A DNA stretch of 64,000 nt, taken from Spongospora subterranea f. sp. subterranea. Lineage: Eukaryota. The notes beneath the pieces were generated by a model that saw only the letters and a list, made by a program, of their open reading frames with translations, was not told the DNA's origin and did not search any database. The position numbers were made by a program, and so were the translations under genes. The stretch covers positions 186,001 to 250,000 of the forward strand of contig JAUGWO010000112.1 of NCBI GenBank assembly GCA_049724395.1, written 5' to 3'. Shown here piece by piece: positions 51,861 through 64,000 of this stretch (its first letter is position 1; each line of letters opens with the position of its first letter).

Positions 51861-52501
51861 TTAGGCATTCGGATGGCGCTAATCTACGAAGATCGATCTA
51901 AATCCCAGCCGACCCCCCATTTACCCATTTCTTCTCCCAAAGAGTACGCCTTTATGATCGTCAGTTTTCGCCCTCTGTGTTTTCCCGTTCACATTGTCGC
52001 CTGCCGTTAACCCGTTAACCTGGTAGAACCTTCATTCATATTGTCCCAAATCGAAATCGTCCCTTGCGGACTGTGGTTCCATCAATCTTCAGCCGATCAT
52101 CTCTCAGAGACGAGAAGGAATCACAATAAGTAGAATGAATGAGATTACAGTATTTATATCTTTCTGCACCGTTCGGCTGATATAAGTCGTGTTACTCTAT
52201 GCTGATTGAAATCGTAATCTGAAATCAACGCGAACCGGTTTTCTGTTGAGCCAAGTAATTGTTCGTTAATAACAGACGGACAGAAAAAAAACCTATCGGA
52301 AATCTGCAGCATTTTCGGCAAACGACGTCGATATCACTATCCCCGACTGTGTTGAAGAATTTGACGAGTTACCATAATACGAACAAGAGAGGGCGCCGAT
52401 TGTGATTTCGCAGCGATGAAATCATTAGATCTGTTTAAAAAATAAAGGGCGGCGATGTTGATAGATTATGACCAACGGACAGGAACGTGTAAAGAATGTG
52501 T

Positions 52502-53849
52502 TTAATTTATTTGGACATTATCTTGATGGGTATTGAGTGAGACGATTTGGATTCCATTGCGACCCGCTTTGGACACGGTCCACCTGCCCAGACGTGGTTC
52601 TTGGCCGACGGCGCAAACCGCAAACTGTCCAGATCTGGCGAACGAGATTCCGTTGATAAACCCGGCCATGGGAACATCGCCGACCGGCGCCAGGCTGTCG
52701 GGCGACACACGCCAGAGACGCAGCAGCCCGTTGGACGAGCCAGAGGCGGCCAGATCGGTGAAGGCGCAGGCGCCGATCGACGTGATCCAGTTGTCGCCAT
52801 GGGCGTTGAGCTCGGTCAGCACCGCCTTCTTCTTCATGGACTTGTAGACGGCGACGGAACCGTTCTGGTCTCCGGTGATGAACTGCGATTCGCTCAGCAT
52901 GGCGATGGCGTCGACGTTCGTCGCCCTACTCCTATACACCAATTGGGTCTGCTCTGGGACCTTGAAAAATCGCGCCGTCCCATCCAATCCGGTCGATACA
53001 ACACGATCATGGTTCAACGACGCAATCGACGTGATCTCCGCCTGATGCCCGAACAGGGTGTCGACGTACGCCCGCGCCTCAATATCCCAGACTTTCACGG
53101 TTCTAATCGGCTGAGCCAGAGAAAAGGGTCGTGGACGATCGACGCCACGCCAATGATGTAAGGGCGTCACGATGATGGGCAAATTCATGGATGGATTTCG
53201 ACGTGCGGCTGTCCCAAAGTCGAACGAGTTTATCGCGCCCTCCAGTTGCAACAATGTTCCCGTCGTCGCTGCAGACGCAGATCGATAATATCTCGGCCTG
53301 GCCCTCAACAATACTGACTTTCTTCTGCTGCGATAGATCCCATAAGATCCACGAGCCGTCTTTCGAGGCGGAATACGCGCGACGATCATCGGGAGTGACA
53401 TCGACGGCAGTTGCCGAGCGGCGATGAGCGCGGCAGATTGTCACCGTTGGGTTATTGACGGAGTCGGCTATTCTTCGGTGAAGTGTCCCCTTCTTCTTGA
53501 GAGACGCCTGTCGAAGATGCGATTGAACGTGATCAACCTCTTCGTCGTCGCTGTCATCCCCATCACTTTCGGAATCGCTGTTCGCCTTCCTGGATTTCGC
53601 GGCTTCCAAGTGTTCAACCTTTTGCAGGAACGCTTTCGCCAATCGGATACGCTTCTTCTCTTCCACGGTCTCGTCTTCCGATTTTTCGTCAGCCGATTTG
53701 TCGTCATCGTCGCTCATTGCGACAACTTCATCGATCTCCGATTCGATTAATTCGTCATCCTCGTCTTCAATCAAATTCACCTTCTTCGTATGTGATTCCT
53801 CAGCGGATCGCTGACGCTTTCGCGATTTTGTTGGTCGACGTGGCGCCAT
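52502..53849 (-). CDS. RRP9: U3 snoRNP 55-kDa WD40 protein; +1 frameshift at ~53105
   Basis: Acidic N-terminus EEKKRIRLAKAFL; YSASKDG; LFSGSAD/RTVKVWDIEARAYVDTLFGHQ; DLAASGS; AVGQEPRLGRW. Confidence 0.94.
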
Positions 53850-54245
53850 ATTATATTGCCGATCTGAAAATCACACCGCCAGCAGAGGAATATCCGCCAC
53901 GGACTACCGTATTTTGCGGGACTTTTCCCTACTGGGAGTTTGTACCTGCCACGGCATTTTGATCAACATCAATCATTGTAAATCAACGTTCGGAATGTTT
54001 ATGTCGTCTGCTGATGAAATACTCCATTTGCGAATGGTACGTCAAGCTAAGTCTATTGCTATCAAGAGATCGCATGTTTTGCTCCTCTAGAACCCGCCTA
54101 CACCAAACCAGCGTCACGCAGCCGTCGATATTGTCGGCGTTGAAATATGGCGACGACGATCGCTCTTGTAAAGAGTGTTGTAAGAATTCGACAAATGCAA
54201 AGGATCAACAGTAAGCGTCGTCGTTGCGCCCAAAACATCATCAAA

Positions 54246-54830
54246 CTGGCTGGGCCAATCCTGTACATCCTCCAGGAATATGCTCAACCTGAATCGCAAG
54301 ATCCTGTATTTTTGTCACAACCACAAAACCAGAAATAATTTTTCCGTTGCGGGAGCGGCATTTCGAGGGTCTCATGATCGCCACTCCAACCAGGTCTGTA
54401 TCTGTCATATTGTTCAATTTCAGGCAGACTATGCCCTTGCTTGAATAATGGGTTGTGCACATTTCTGGCGATCATGAGATCCTCGACAGGCCGCTGCTGC
54501 AACGGAAAAATATTGGTTTTATGTCCGATAGCAAACCTGTGGACACGCCAACCTGGTCTGTATCTGTCATATTGAAACAAATTTACAAGACCTCGGAATT
54601 AAGGTTGAGCATATTCCTGGAGGATGTACAGGATTAGCCCAGCCAGTGGACCTTGGATATCCGTCGCAGATTTGAAAATTTGGTTTGATGAACACGCTGG
54701 GGCCAATAGTATCAAACCGCTATCGCGAGAATTTCTATCGAAGTGGATCGTTGATGCTTGGAATGAAATCGATGCGGAGATCATTGAAAATGCATGGCGC
54801 AAGGGAGGATTCAGTTACTTTGAAAAGTAA
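54246..54830 (+). mobile_element. Decayed pogo/Tc1-mariner DDE_1 transposase fragment with an inverted partial copy
   Basis: VEHIPGGCTGLAQPV(D) on both strands; SREFLSKWIVDAWNEIDAEIIENAWRKGGFSY typical of the DDE_1 C-terminus. Confidence 0.75.
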
Positions 54831-55199
54831 ACAATGAAAATACAAAATGTCAGGTGATGTTTTAATTTAGACGTACAGCTCGCAGTTGTCCGCCGTTTTG
54901 ATTCGATCATGCCCGATCGGGGTTTCGAATCAGAAACTGGAAGGTCTTCAACAACTTGTGCAATGCTTCAGTCTTTGTCTTGTCAAATATCCAATTTTGC
55001 ACCTATCGATACCTCGCCCCATTTTGTGATATGCTATTCAGTGAAGGAGTGACAGTTCCTCGTTCTCGAAGGAAGGCAGTGTATCGCGCCGCGTGTTACG
55101 GAATGTAGTTTTTCTCGTCGTCGTTTAGCCGTACCGTCGTTCGCTGTTGTCGGGGATCGGCGCCCCTGATAGTTGCCGAGCACAATACCCGAGTTCTGA

Positions 55200-57643
55200 G
55201 AAAGGCATTCATTGTCTAAAAGATTGTTGAACGGCTCCGGTGAAGTGTGTGTTAGAATTTGTATTGATTTGATGTCTATATCTGGAGTGACGCCATTGAT
55301 GAATGCCGAACTAAATATCCAAATGGTAAAAGGGTTTTCTCACGCTGAATTGGAGATAGAGATCGGGTCTGGAATGCCAATCTGAATTTTTCTTTGATAA
55401 ACATGGCGACGTCATTTCGGCGTCGCCTAAACCACACATCATGTATGCTATTACAGCGAGCGAAAAGCGAGGACGTGACTAGGAAAACCTTGTCTGCTAA
55501 GAGACAAACGATGATTGTGGTCATGGTCTCAAATTGAGCAATGGAGATACGGAAGGATGTTCAAACCATAAATTATTTTAATGTGCAATAATCCTACGCA
55601 GGTTCTAACCTTCTAGATTTTGTTATGATGTTATCATGGGTTTTCATGTCCAGAACCGTCTGAGCCAGGCCTTCTAGAGATGAGCTGCTCAGTGAACCCA
55701 GCAGATGGCGATATGTTGACTGATAAACGCGCGCTCTATTATGGCGACTTCTTCTGCTTATAGAAATTAGATGCACAGCTTCAGAAAACAATCTGAGCTG
55801 GATTAGGCGCTTGACCGCAGACAGACAGACCTGGGCATCAACTCGAACGAGAGGTTGTACTACATCTATGAGAGGCTTGGTGCTGTGCCAATATGCAATT
55901 CCTGATGATGTACAGTGATGATAAATCGAGAGCAAAGTCCCTGAATCAGGTTGAACCTAGATACAACAACGTAAGGAGTTAAAATATGAGGTCAATGATG
56001 CAATCACTACCTTATCAGTATATATCATCTGGTTTAAAAATACAGGAAACTGGCGTTGATCGGCGGAGCGCAGGACCAAGTTGTACACGCTGGTGATGCA
56101 TTCGGCATCTGGAAGGATGAGAAAACTACGACGCCTTCTTGCTTCATTGAACATTATCAACATTTGTTCCGCGAAATCGAATCGACCAGTTCTGGCAAAT
56201 GAACGAAATGCCACAAGAAAATGTTCTTTCGTTAGACGAAGTTGCCCGAAAGACGTAGACCGAGGTAGAGCGTCCATAACTTCATCAATATCTCTATCGC
56301 TTATTCGCAGTTTGGCAATGTTGGTTTCCAAACTGGTGTTGTTGGAGCTGATCAATTGAGTGTAAAGATTGTTTGCGACATTGGCACGTTCCAAGCCGAA
56401 TGAGGCGTATATTGGAAGAAGACAGCGATACCCATGTGCATCCATTTTGACGTCGAGATGACCCAAAACTGCTTCGGATGCCTCCAGATAGTATAATGCA
56501 GTGCGATGTCTATACTGACTGGAACAACCACGAATAAGTGAGCAAACCAGGTCTTGAGTTATGACCGATCCCAGCGACGACGCTTCAATCACGAATTTTA
56601 GCGAGTCGCGGGACATCGCAGCTGATGCAAACGTAGAAAAAACGACATTCAATAAGTTTCCTTCGAGAGCAACATCGGAGGAGTATAATTCTCTGAGAAT
56701 AGAGCGGATGATATAGCGACGACTGGACAACGGACTGAGGCTTTTTGAAACAGTTTCAAGAAGGTCCATAAACATTGCTGCATCAGGAAGTAAACCGAGT
56801 CGGCGACATTTGGAGAATACTGCAAAGACTTCATCGATGTTTGATCCTGAACGATGGACAGAGAATGCCCCAGCCAAGTCAGCAGTTCGCAGAGGAATCT
56901 TCTCCGCGCCAATAATAGAGAACGTCTCGTCAAGCAAATGAGCAGAGTTGTTCATGAGATGGAGCCTGATAAATATCCCGACTGACTTCCCCAATATCTC
57001 CTTACTTTGGGAACGGGTTGCAGCAACTGTTAGTTGGGTTATGAGCGATGATTGAACAATCGGAAGGCAACTGGAGGTGCGGGTCCTTGATGCCGTCATA
57101 ACTACCTCATATAGCAGGTCCGGGCAGATATCATTGACTGAAATACGTTTGACAAAATGCTCCAACTGAGCAGATGATCTGATCAAGGAGACTTCTGAAA
57201 CAAATCGGGATTCAAATGTTGGATTCAGTATGCAGCGGCTCAGTGATGCCAATGTGCAATTGCCAAGACGGGAAGGTGACCGCATTACTGAAATAATAAC
57301 ATTGTCGCCAACGAGTATACCATTCCTTCTCCATTCGAAAATCTTATTTAAGGCCCGCGATGATTGCCCAGCGGCCATGTACTTTCTGAGTAACAGTTCC
57401 TGACGTTTTGACATATCGTGCGAGTCTGTTTTAGAACAATCGGATTCGGGTTCAGCAAAGGCAATGTCGTCGTCATTCCTAGGATGGTGTAGCGCCCTGA
57501 GGCATCAAAACAATATCAAAAAACATCGTCGACAGCAACAGACCATATGTGGCATACGCTGGCAGAGATGATGTGCGACAAGGCACATTTCCAAACAGAC
57601 GTTTGATAGTATGGGCACATATTTGTTGCCCAATCCGAACCAT
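55200..57643 (-). CDS. Pentatricopeptide-repeat-like helical protein, probably mitochondrial, multi-exon; ends approximate
   Basis: DEVFAVFSKCRRLGLLPDAAMFMDLLE; FLVAFRSFARTGRFDFAEQML; basic N-terminus MVRIGQQICAHTIKRLF. Confidence 0.6.
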
Positions 57644-58653
57644 ATTTCCGCATAAATGACTGCAATCGATTCGTTTCACGTCGTGACGGTACAGAAGGGG
57701 CAACCCCACACACGCACCCTACGGTGAAACGTTCGAGAACGTGGTTGCGCCAGGGCGTCGGCGGTACAGACTACCGACGGCCGGCGGAAGAATGGCAAAT
57801 GTGGAATGCACTTTGACTGACAGCGAATCTCATTGTCGTACTTGTGTTACACTTGCAATGTCGTATTGTGTCTGTTGTTGTTTACAATGTCGCAAATTCG
57901 CCTCAACGCGAAGATTGTATATAAAATAAACCCCCGATTCACCATCTGCTGCTCTGCTGTAAAAATGCTTACATTGCACTAGTACTCTTAATCGAAAATA
58001 GTACTGTAATCCATGATGATGTTGAATCTGAATAAGCGTGACCTTCAGATTGAAAACCCGAGCTCAACCTTCACTAGCCGGGAATTATATGCAAAACGAC
58101 TATGCAGCAATCGGGAATCACAAAAGCTCATCAGTTTTGCAAGGAGCTAGCCCGATATGCCGTTGTATTCAGGCCAGTCGAACCGGTTACAGCGATAAAA
58201 CTCTACTCCAGAACTATCCGATTAATTTTTCTTGGGACGTCTGAATGAGGGAAACCCAATGCGAGAAAGCGTTTTACAGGTCTGCCACAATTTACACCAT
58301 CTGATGAAGCATGAAACAGCGATATATTTCCATTTACAAAACGGCCCAGTTGATATGATCTTGTCTTGGTGTTACACGTGCACTGATAGATTCGTCTAAG
58401 TATACCAGATTGATGCGCTGTCACGGCTACACACCCATATGGTTCTGTGTAGATACTACCTCTCCTTCTTCCATCACCATATATTCATTCATTACTGCTC
58501 TTATATCCCATCAATATTTCGCCGGCGACAAAAACAGTGTGTTGTACATTTTTAGAGCTCTGCTCTGCTCCACGTCGGCGCCCGATTTTAGGTGATCGAC
58601 TGATCGTTTTTTGCCGCGGCATTGCTCAATTATCAATATACCGGCCGATCTGG

Positions 58654-61600
58654 ATGGATCTTATATTCCTTCTGGTCAGCTCGGCGATTATCGCCGTCAT
58701 TGGAGGATTTATTTTGGGCCGGATTAGTGTAAAATCGAAAGGTTAGCGTGGATTGAATTTCCGACGGGCATCATATTTATTGTTTCGTAGCCCCAATACC
58801 GACTAGAGCTGAAAGTGTTTTTCAGTCGTCCAATGAAACTCTGCCAGTTCCGAAACAAATCTTTTCGGCTAAATCGGCTTCTGTGTCCACAATGGCACAA
58901 ATTGTAAATGAGCATCGCCGTTTGATTGTCGTCTCATACAGGTTTTTCAGACGTTTCAAATGTTTTGTGTTGGGCTTTATTGTTTTGCCGTGTTTAGATT
59001 ACCTATTCTCGCTGTTAAACAAGGAGGGAAATGGGTTATCAGCTGGGATAATAGTCAGGCTGCAATTTCCAATATGCCCACTCTTTCTGATGAAATCGAA
59101 ATCAAATTCGTCGGATTTCCTGAGTATGATATGCATATGTCTCACTGTATTCCATATTGATTTTGCTTTTGCTAGTGTCTTCGTTCCAAGAGAAGAGCAG
59201 GATGAATTTGAGGCTGAATTGGAAAAGTTTTCATGCGTCCCCGTATTTATTGACGTCGAGCTTCATGATCGATTTTTCCATGGGTTTTGTAAAGGCGTTC
59301 TCTGGCCTCTGTTTCATTACTTGATGCCTACGAATCAGGAGAGTTTCGCTATCAAATGGGACTCTCTCTGGCAAGCGTATACAACAGTTAACATGCTCTA
59401 TTCTCGAAAGGTAATTATTATCTTCCTGCGCTGTTCCGTCGTTAAGCGAACCTCAGATTACTTTGGCTACGGAAGACGACGAGAAGGATTTTATTTGGAT
59501 CCATAACTATCATCTTCTGTTGGTCCCATCTTTTATACGAAAAAAGCTTTCACACGCTCGAATTGGTAACATGGCCGTCATATGGCACAGGATGTTCAAT
59601 ATCTCTTACCTCTTTGGCAGGACTTTTTTTGCATACACCATTTCCAACCTCCGACGTATTCCGCTGCTTACCAGGAAAAACCAATATTCTTCGAGGAATT
59701 TTATGCTCGGATCTAGTCGGGTTTCACACTTATGATTATGTTCGCCATTTTCTGTCAGCGTGCAAACGGGTTTTGGATTTAGATTTCGAAGCGCTGCCAG
59801 GCGGAGCTCTGGGCATCCAATACTGCGGTCGATCTGTTTCCATCCGCATATCGCACATGGGAATTACAGTTGAACCTTTCCTTGAAATGCTGAACTCTGA
59901 CGCTGTTGCGGAATTGAAAAAAGAGATTTTGGCAAGGAATTCAGGCAGGAAAATTATAATTGCGGTCGATGAATTTGATATTGTAAAGGGAGTTTTGGTG
60001 AAAATGCAAGTAAGTATTGCTGCTGCGTTCGGTTTAGTCTTGCAAGTAAATGGTATCCAGGCATTCGAACAATTTCTGCAGGCTCGGGCAGAATGGGCCT
60101 CTACGCTTACACTAATCGTTCTGGTATCGCCGTCTTTGAACTCTTTGCAAGAGCAGGAAGAGATACGGTCATCTGTTCGCCAATGTACAGAGCAGATTCA
60201 GGGCCAGTTTGGCAAAGACGTAGTTCAGGTTCATCTTGTAGAATTAGAATTATTCAAGCATAACATGTTTTCTCTTCAGGTTATTGAGCTTGGCTTTTCC
60301 AAAATTGATCTCATCATTGCTCATTTTGCTTGTGCCGACATTGCCCTTTTTACATCGTTTTTCGATGGTCTTAACGTGCTTCCGTTCGAGTATACAGCTG
60401 CTCAAAATCCCTCAGATCCAGGAGTTCTTATTATTTCTGAATTCATGGGGTGCTCTCGGTCCGTACTCTAATTCGTTTTTCTTCCTCATGTTCGACCTGA
60501 AACGTTTGATGCTTCAGCTCTTTAAACGGTGTCATCCGCGTAAATCCTTTGGATTTAGAAGAAGTTGAAGAGGCCTTAAGCAAAGCGCTTTCAATGTCTC
60601 AACCGACGCGTGTTGGTAAGTTGAGGTTTCTAATCACTTCTGTACATTCATTCGTTTCAGTTCAACATGCTCGCCGGCACAAATATGTGCTTGCAAATAC
60701 GTTTCAGCATTGGGCGCGAGGCTTCCTTGTCGACCTTGGCGAAGCGTCGAAACAGTCGGAAGCACTCAATTACGTGCAAGTTGGTTGGGGATCAGGGGTT
60801 AGGTTGATTGGGCTCAAAGCAGATTTTCGTCATTTGCAGGAGGTCTGATAGTGCAAAAATCATTCTGTTATTTTCCTTTAATTCTTTCCTAGGCGGACAT
60901 TATAACATCATATCGAAGCTCGAAGAACCGACTGCTGTTGTTCGATTATGACGGCACTCTGTCAACCAATATTGATGAAAGGCCACCAGAGTCAACATTA
61001 AAGATTCTTGGAGGGCTTTGTGATGATATCAATAATATTGTTTTCATCATCTCCGGCAGAGAAAGAGCAAAACTCTCCGATTGGTTTGCTTCTGTACCAA
61101 GACTCGGCCTGGCGGCAGAGAAAGGAGTCTATATCAAAGTTTGTTACGTAATTTTTATTGCTTCGTCACTGAAACAACGTATCTCAGTGGCCCGGTGATG
61201 CCGAATGGGAGGCCCTTCCAAATTTGAACGACTTGAGTTGGAAAGAAACAACCATCGAGCTAATGAAGTATCTAACTCCGTCCAGTTGTGTTGACCGTGC
61301 TCACATTAAGCTTGTATCTGTCTTAGATCATATTCGGACCGGACTGATGGAGCCTACATCGAAATCAAAGAGTCTGCTTTGGTTTGGCATTACGAGAACG
61401 CAGATCCAGAATACGGCAGATCACAAGCCAGTGAATTAGGAAAATACATCGAAAAAGTCGGTAATCGTTGGTGTTTCAATGCGTCTTTAATGTTTTCATT
61501 GTAGCTACTGGAGAGTTCTCAATCAGTGGATGTTGTTCGATACGACCTCAATCGGATCCTCGAAGTTAAACCTCGCGGTATCAGTAAAGGCGTAACAAGT

Positions 61601-61979
61601 CTAAAAATTGTCAACAAGTATGTCACTTGACGTTACAACTTCCGTTTATAACACTGTTGTTTTTTAGATTGAAGACTGACAATGGATTGCCAAACTTTCT
61701 ACTTTGCATCGGCGACGATCGCAGTGACGAAGATGCATTCCAAGCCCTTCAATCAGGATGTTCAAAAACTAAAGGGAAAACGTATACGGTAAGGACAAAG
61801 CCCGTCTTCGTACCATCGTCTGAGTTTGCCGCTTCAGGTTTGCGTGGGCATCAAACCTAGCAATGCGCATTACTATGTCCACGACACGTCGGAGGTACTC
61901 AAAATTATAAGGTAGCCTTGGCGCCGTGTCGTCAATTACTACCAGAAACCTCTATAGATCTCTCAGTCATCATTCGTAG
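58654..61979 (+). CDS. Trehalose-6-phosphate synthase/phosphatase fusion (GT20 + HAD TPP), many exons, N-terminal hydrophobic helix
   Basis: GFCKGVLWPLFHY; WIHNYHLLLVP; GLFLHTPFPTSDVFR; DLVGFHTYDYVRHF; ISEFMGCS; LFDYDGTL; ISGR; LAAEKG; LEVKPRGISKG; IGDDRSDED. Confidence 0.93.
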
Positions 61980-62348
61980 AAAACTCTCTACAACTTCAAA
62001 TTCTAAATACACATTTCGATTCCAGAAGTAAATAATGTTTAAAAGTTCTAGTGCTGAAGTGAAAGTCAGAAGAAATACTTCGGACAGGGAGTGGCATTTT
62101 TGTTTGGCAATTCAGGAATGAAGGAAAGGGCCGGCAGACTGTTCTGTATACAAAACAAAATGGCGGATTTGGGGGTTCGTGACATGGCCACGCCCACGCC
62201 CATCACTGTCACAGGAGTCCGTGCTGTTGGGTCTCTCTCATCTGAATCGTGTCCCTGGCCTTAATATCTTAAGATTAATTCGCCACATTGGGAACAATAT
62301 TTGCCTGTCGGGGCACCCTTTCCTGCTGTTTAGGTGCCGCGCACCACA

Positions 62349-63529
62349 ATGTCCATCAACGACCAATTTGTCGTTCGAAATCTGGACACAGGAGAGGTTT
62401 TCAGGCCGCGTATCGAACCGGTTGAGAGTTCATCAGCATGCCCCCCTCCGTCAGCAATTGATGTCCAAGAGTTCAAGAGGCTGTTCAACACGTTTAAACT
62501 TGACGAGCAACTTCTACATGGTATTTTACTTCATCAATGCTGATTCAACTAACATGTTCATTCTGTCTTTTGCCAGCGGTTAAATGCAAACTCTGGGAAT
62601 CGCTTGCCTCTTTTCAGGCACAGAAGGCAAAGAAAAGACATTCTGGGGTTATATATATATCTAACAATCATTTATCATTTGCCGAAGATGCTGCTACGAC
62701 GTCGAGCAAACCTGTTCGAGTAAGATTACCTGGTAACCTGTTTATTTCGTTCAAAAGTTGAATGAGTTCCTACAGATCGGAATTCCATTAACGGAAATCG
62801 TTGGGCTTACATCAGAGGATTTTGGGCTAGTAGAAGGAATTGTGGTCAGCACCATGCGTGAAACAAAGGTATGAAATGTTGTTCCTGTTCCGGGAATTGG
62901 CTCTCAAATCAAACTTGACCAGTTTTTTTTCGAACAATTTGTGTCGAGAAATGATTGTTTTGGTGCGATTTATCGTACGTGGAACGGCGCTCAGAAGTCA
63001 CCTGCCGATCAGCTGGCTTCAATATTTGATCCCCTAGGTGGGTTTTCCGCAGTCACATCAAACTCGATGCTGCGAAACGCCGCCATGTCTCAAATGGAAA
63101 ATCAAGCAGCCTCAGTTGCCGCAGACATGCTCAATTCTTCCAATATATCTTCCACACCTAAATCTTCAAAACTGCCCCCACCAATAAAGACCCACAGTAG
63201 CCATTCAGCCTCTATTATAAGGCCAGCTCCACCGCCGCCAACGTTTTCTACATCGCCGGTACTCTCTCATTCACCCAATCCTCCAAGACCCGCGGTGATC
63301 GTACCAGGAGCACAAACTCAAAGACAAACGAAGAAGATTGACGGACCCCCAGAACGTCACTGTAAGCTTGCCCTATGGCTTCTAGAAATGGGCTCATCAA
63401 TGGTTTACAGATATGGATTTATCTTCGGGCGATTCCTGGTTCATGACTCTCACAAAGATTTATTACTGGCTTGGAGCTCCAGCTCGGCAGCGCAATGTCA
63501 GGTCCCCGCCCGCCAGAACCCCTACCTGA
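62349..63529 (+). CDS. GRAM-domain protein with Pro/Ser-rich C-terminus, multi-exon
   Basis: FVVRNLDTGE; EFKRLF..KLDEQLL; GVIYISNNHLSF; IPLTEI; SRNDCFGAIYRTW. Confidence 0.65.
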
Positions 63530-63608
63530 TAATACATTAATTGGCACAATCAATAACTTAACTCAGTGTTGACAATTCTTGCGGAACTGGGAGGAAAAAT
63601 ATTGTTTT

Positions 63609-64000
63609 TTATAGGCTGTATTCCAAAGGTATGGCCATGCCCCTTTGCCTACGAATTTCATGCATGCTAGCAATGACAAATGATCCTGGATTCAACGCCT
63701 CAAATGAAATCATAATTGACTTCGAAGGTGGAATCAAAATTGTGTCGCGGATAGCACCTTTGGTTGTTGCGACGTCATCGAACTCTGTCACAACAAAAGT
63801 GTGTCCCTGAATCCGCATTGAAATGGCATCATGAGCTTCATTCACGAATGTGATATTGACTTGATCTCCCAGTGAGACCTTTAACGAGGTTTGGCCTTCA
63901 TCACCGTAACGAAAACCGTTGATGGTATTATCTTGACCTAAAACCATTGTTGTAACCAGTTTGTTTTTTTCTTGTGTGCAGCTTTGGCATATTGTTTCCG
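63609..64000 (-). CDS. Multicopper-oxidase-like protein, C-terminal cupredoxin domain (5'-partial)
   Basis: TING...LKVSLGDQVNITFVN...GHTFVV...RDTILIPPSKSIMISFEALNPG...GMAIPLEY. Confidence 0.75.
   Translation of the reverse strand, partial: ETICQSCTQEKNKLVTTMVLGQDNTINGFRYGDEGQTSLKVSLGDQVNITFVNEAHDAISMRIQGHTFVVTEFDDVATTKGAIRDTILIPPSKSIMISFEALNPGSFVIASMHEIRRQRGMAIPLEYSL

Overview
This is gene-dense eukaryotic nuclear DNA with many short (~45-65 nt) GT-AG introns. The polyubiquitin has one extra Thr at each monomer junction ([11 protein letters not shown]), the Cercozoa/Rhizaria signature. Together with the compact gene structure and a centriolar rotatin, this suggests a plasmodiophorid (Phytomyxea)-type protist (inference). 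Recognisable genes: RPL11, BolA1, NDUFA12/NDUFAF2-like, a CaMKK-like kinase, an ILEI+ankyrin protein, a DH-PH RhoGEF, an RNA-ligase-like nucleotidyltransferase, COX10, U1-C, NMT, NDOR1, polyubiquitin, MPP-alpha, a PTEN-like phosphatase, V-ATPase F, a GH18 chitinase, PPAN/SSF1, rotatin, RRP9, a PPR protein, TPS/TPP, a GRAM protein and a multicopper-oxidase-like C-terminus. Three tandem arrays (91, 95 and 53 bp units) sit between genes, and two of them look LTR-derived. Three decayed transposon-like fragments are each folded into an imperfect inverted repeat, which could make them hairpin/siRNA-source loci. Four conserved genes carry +1 frameshifts, most likely assembly errors. Exon boundaries were inferred by eye, and homology calls come from recalled motifs, not database searches.
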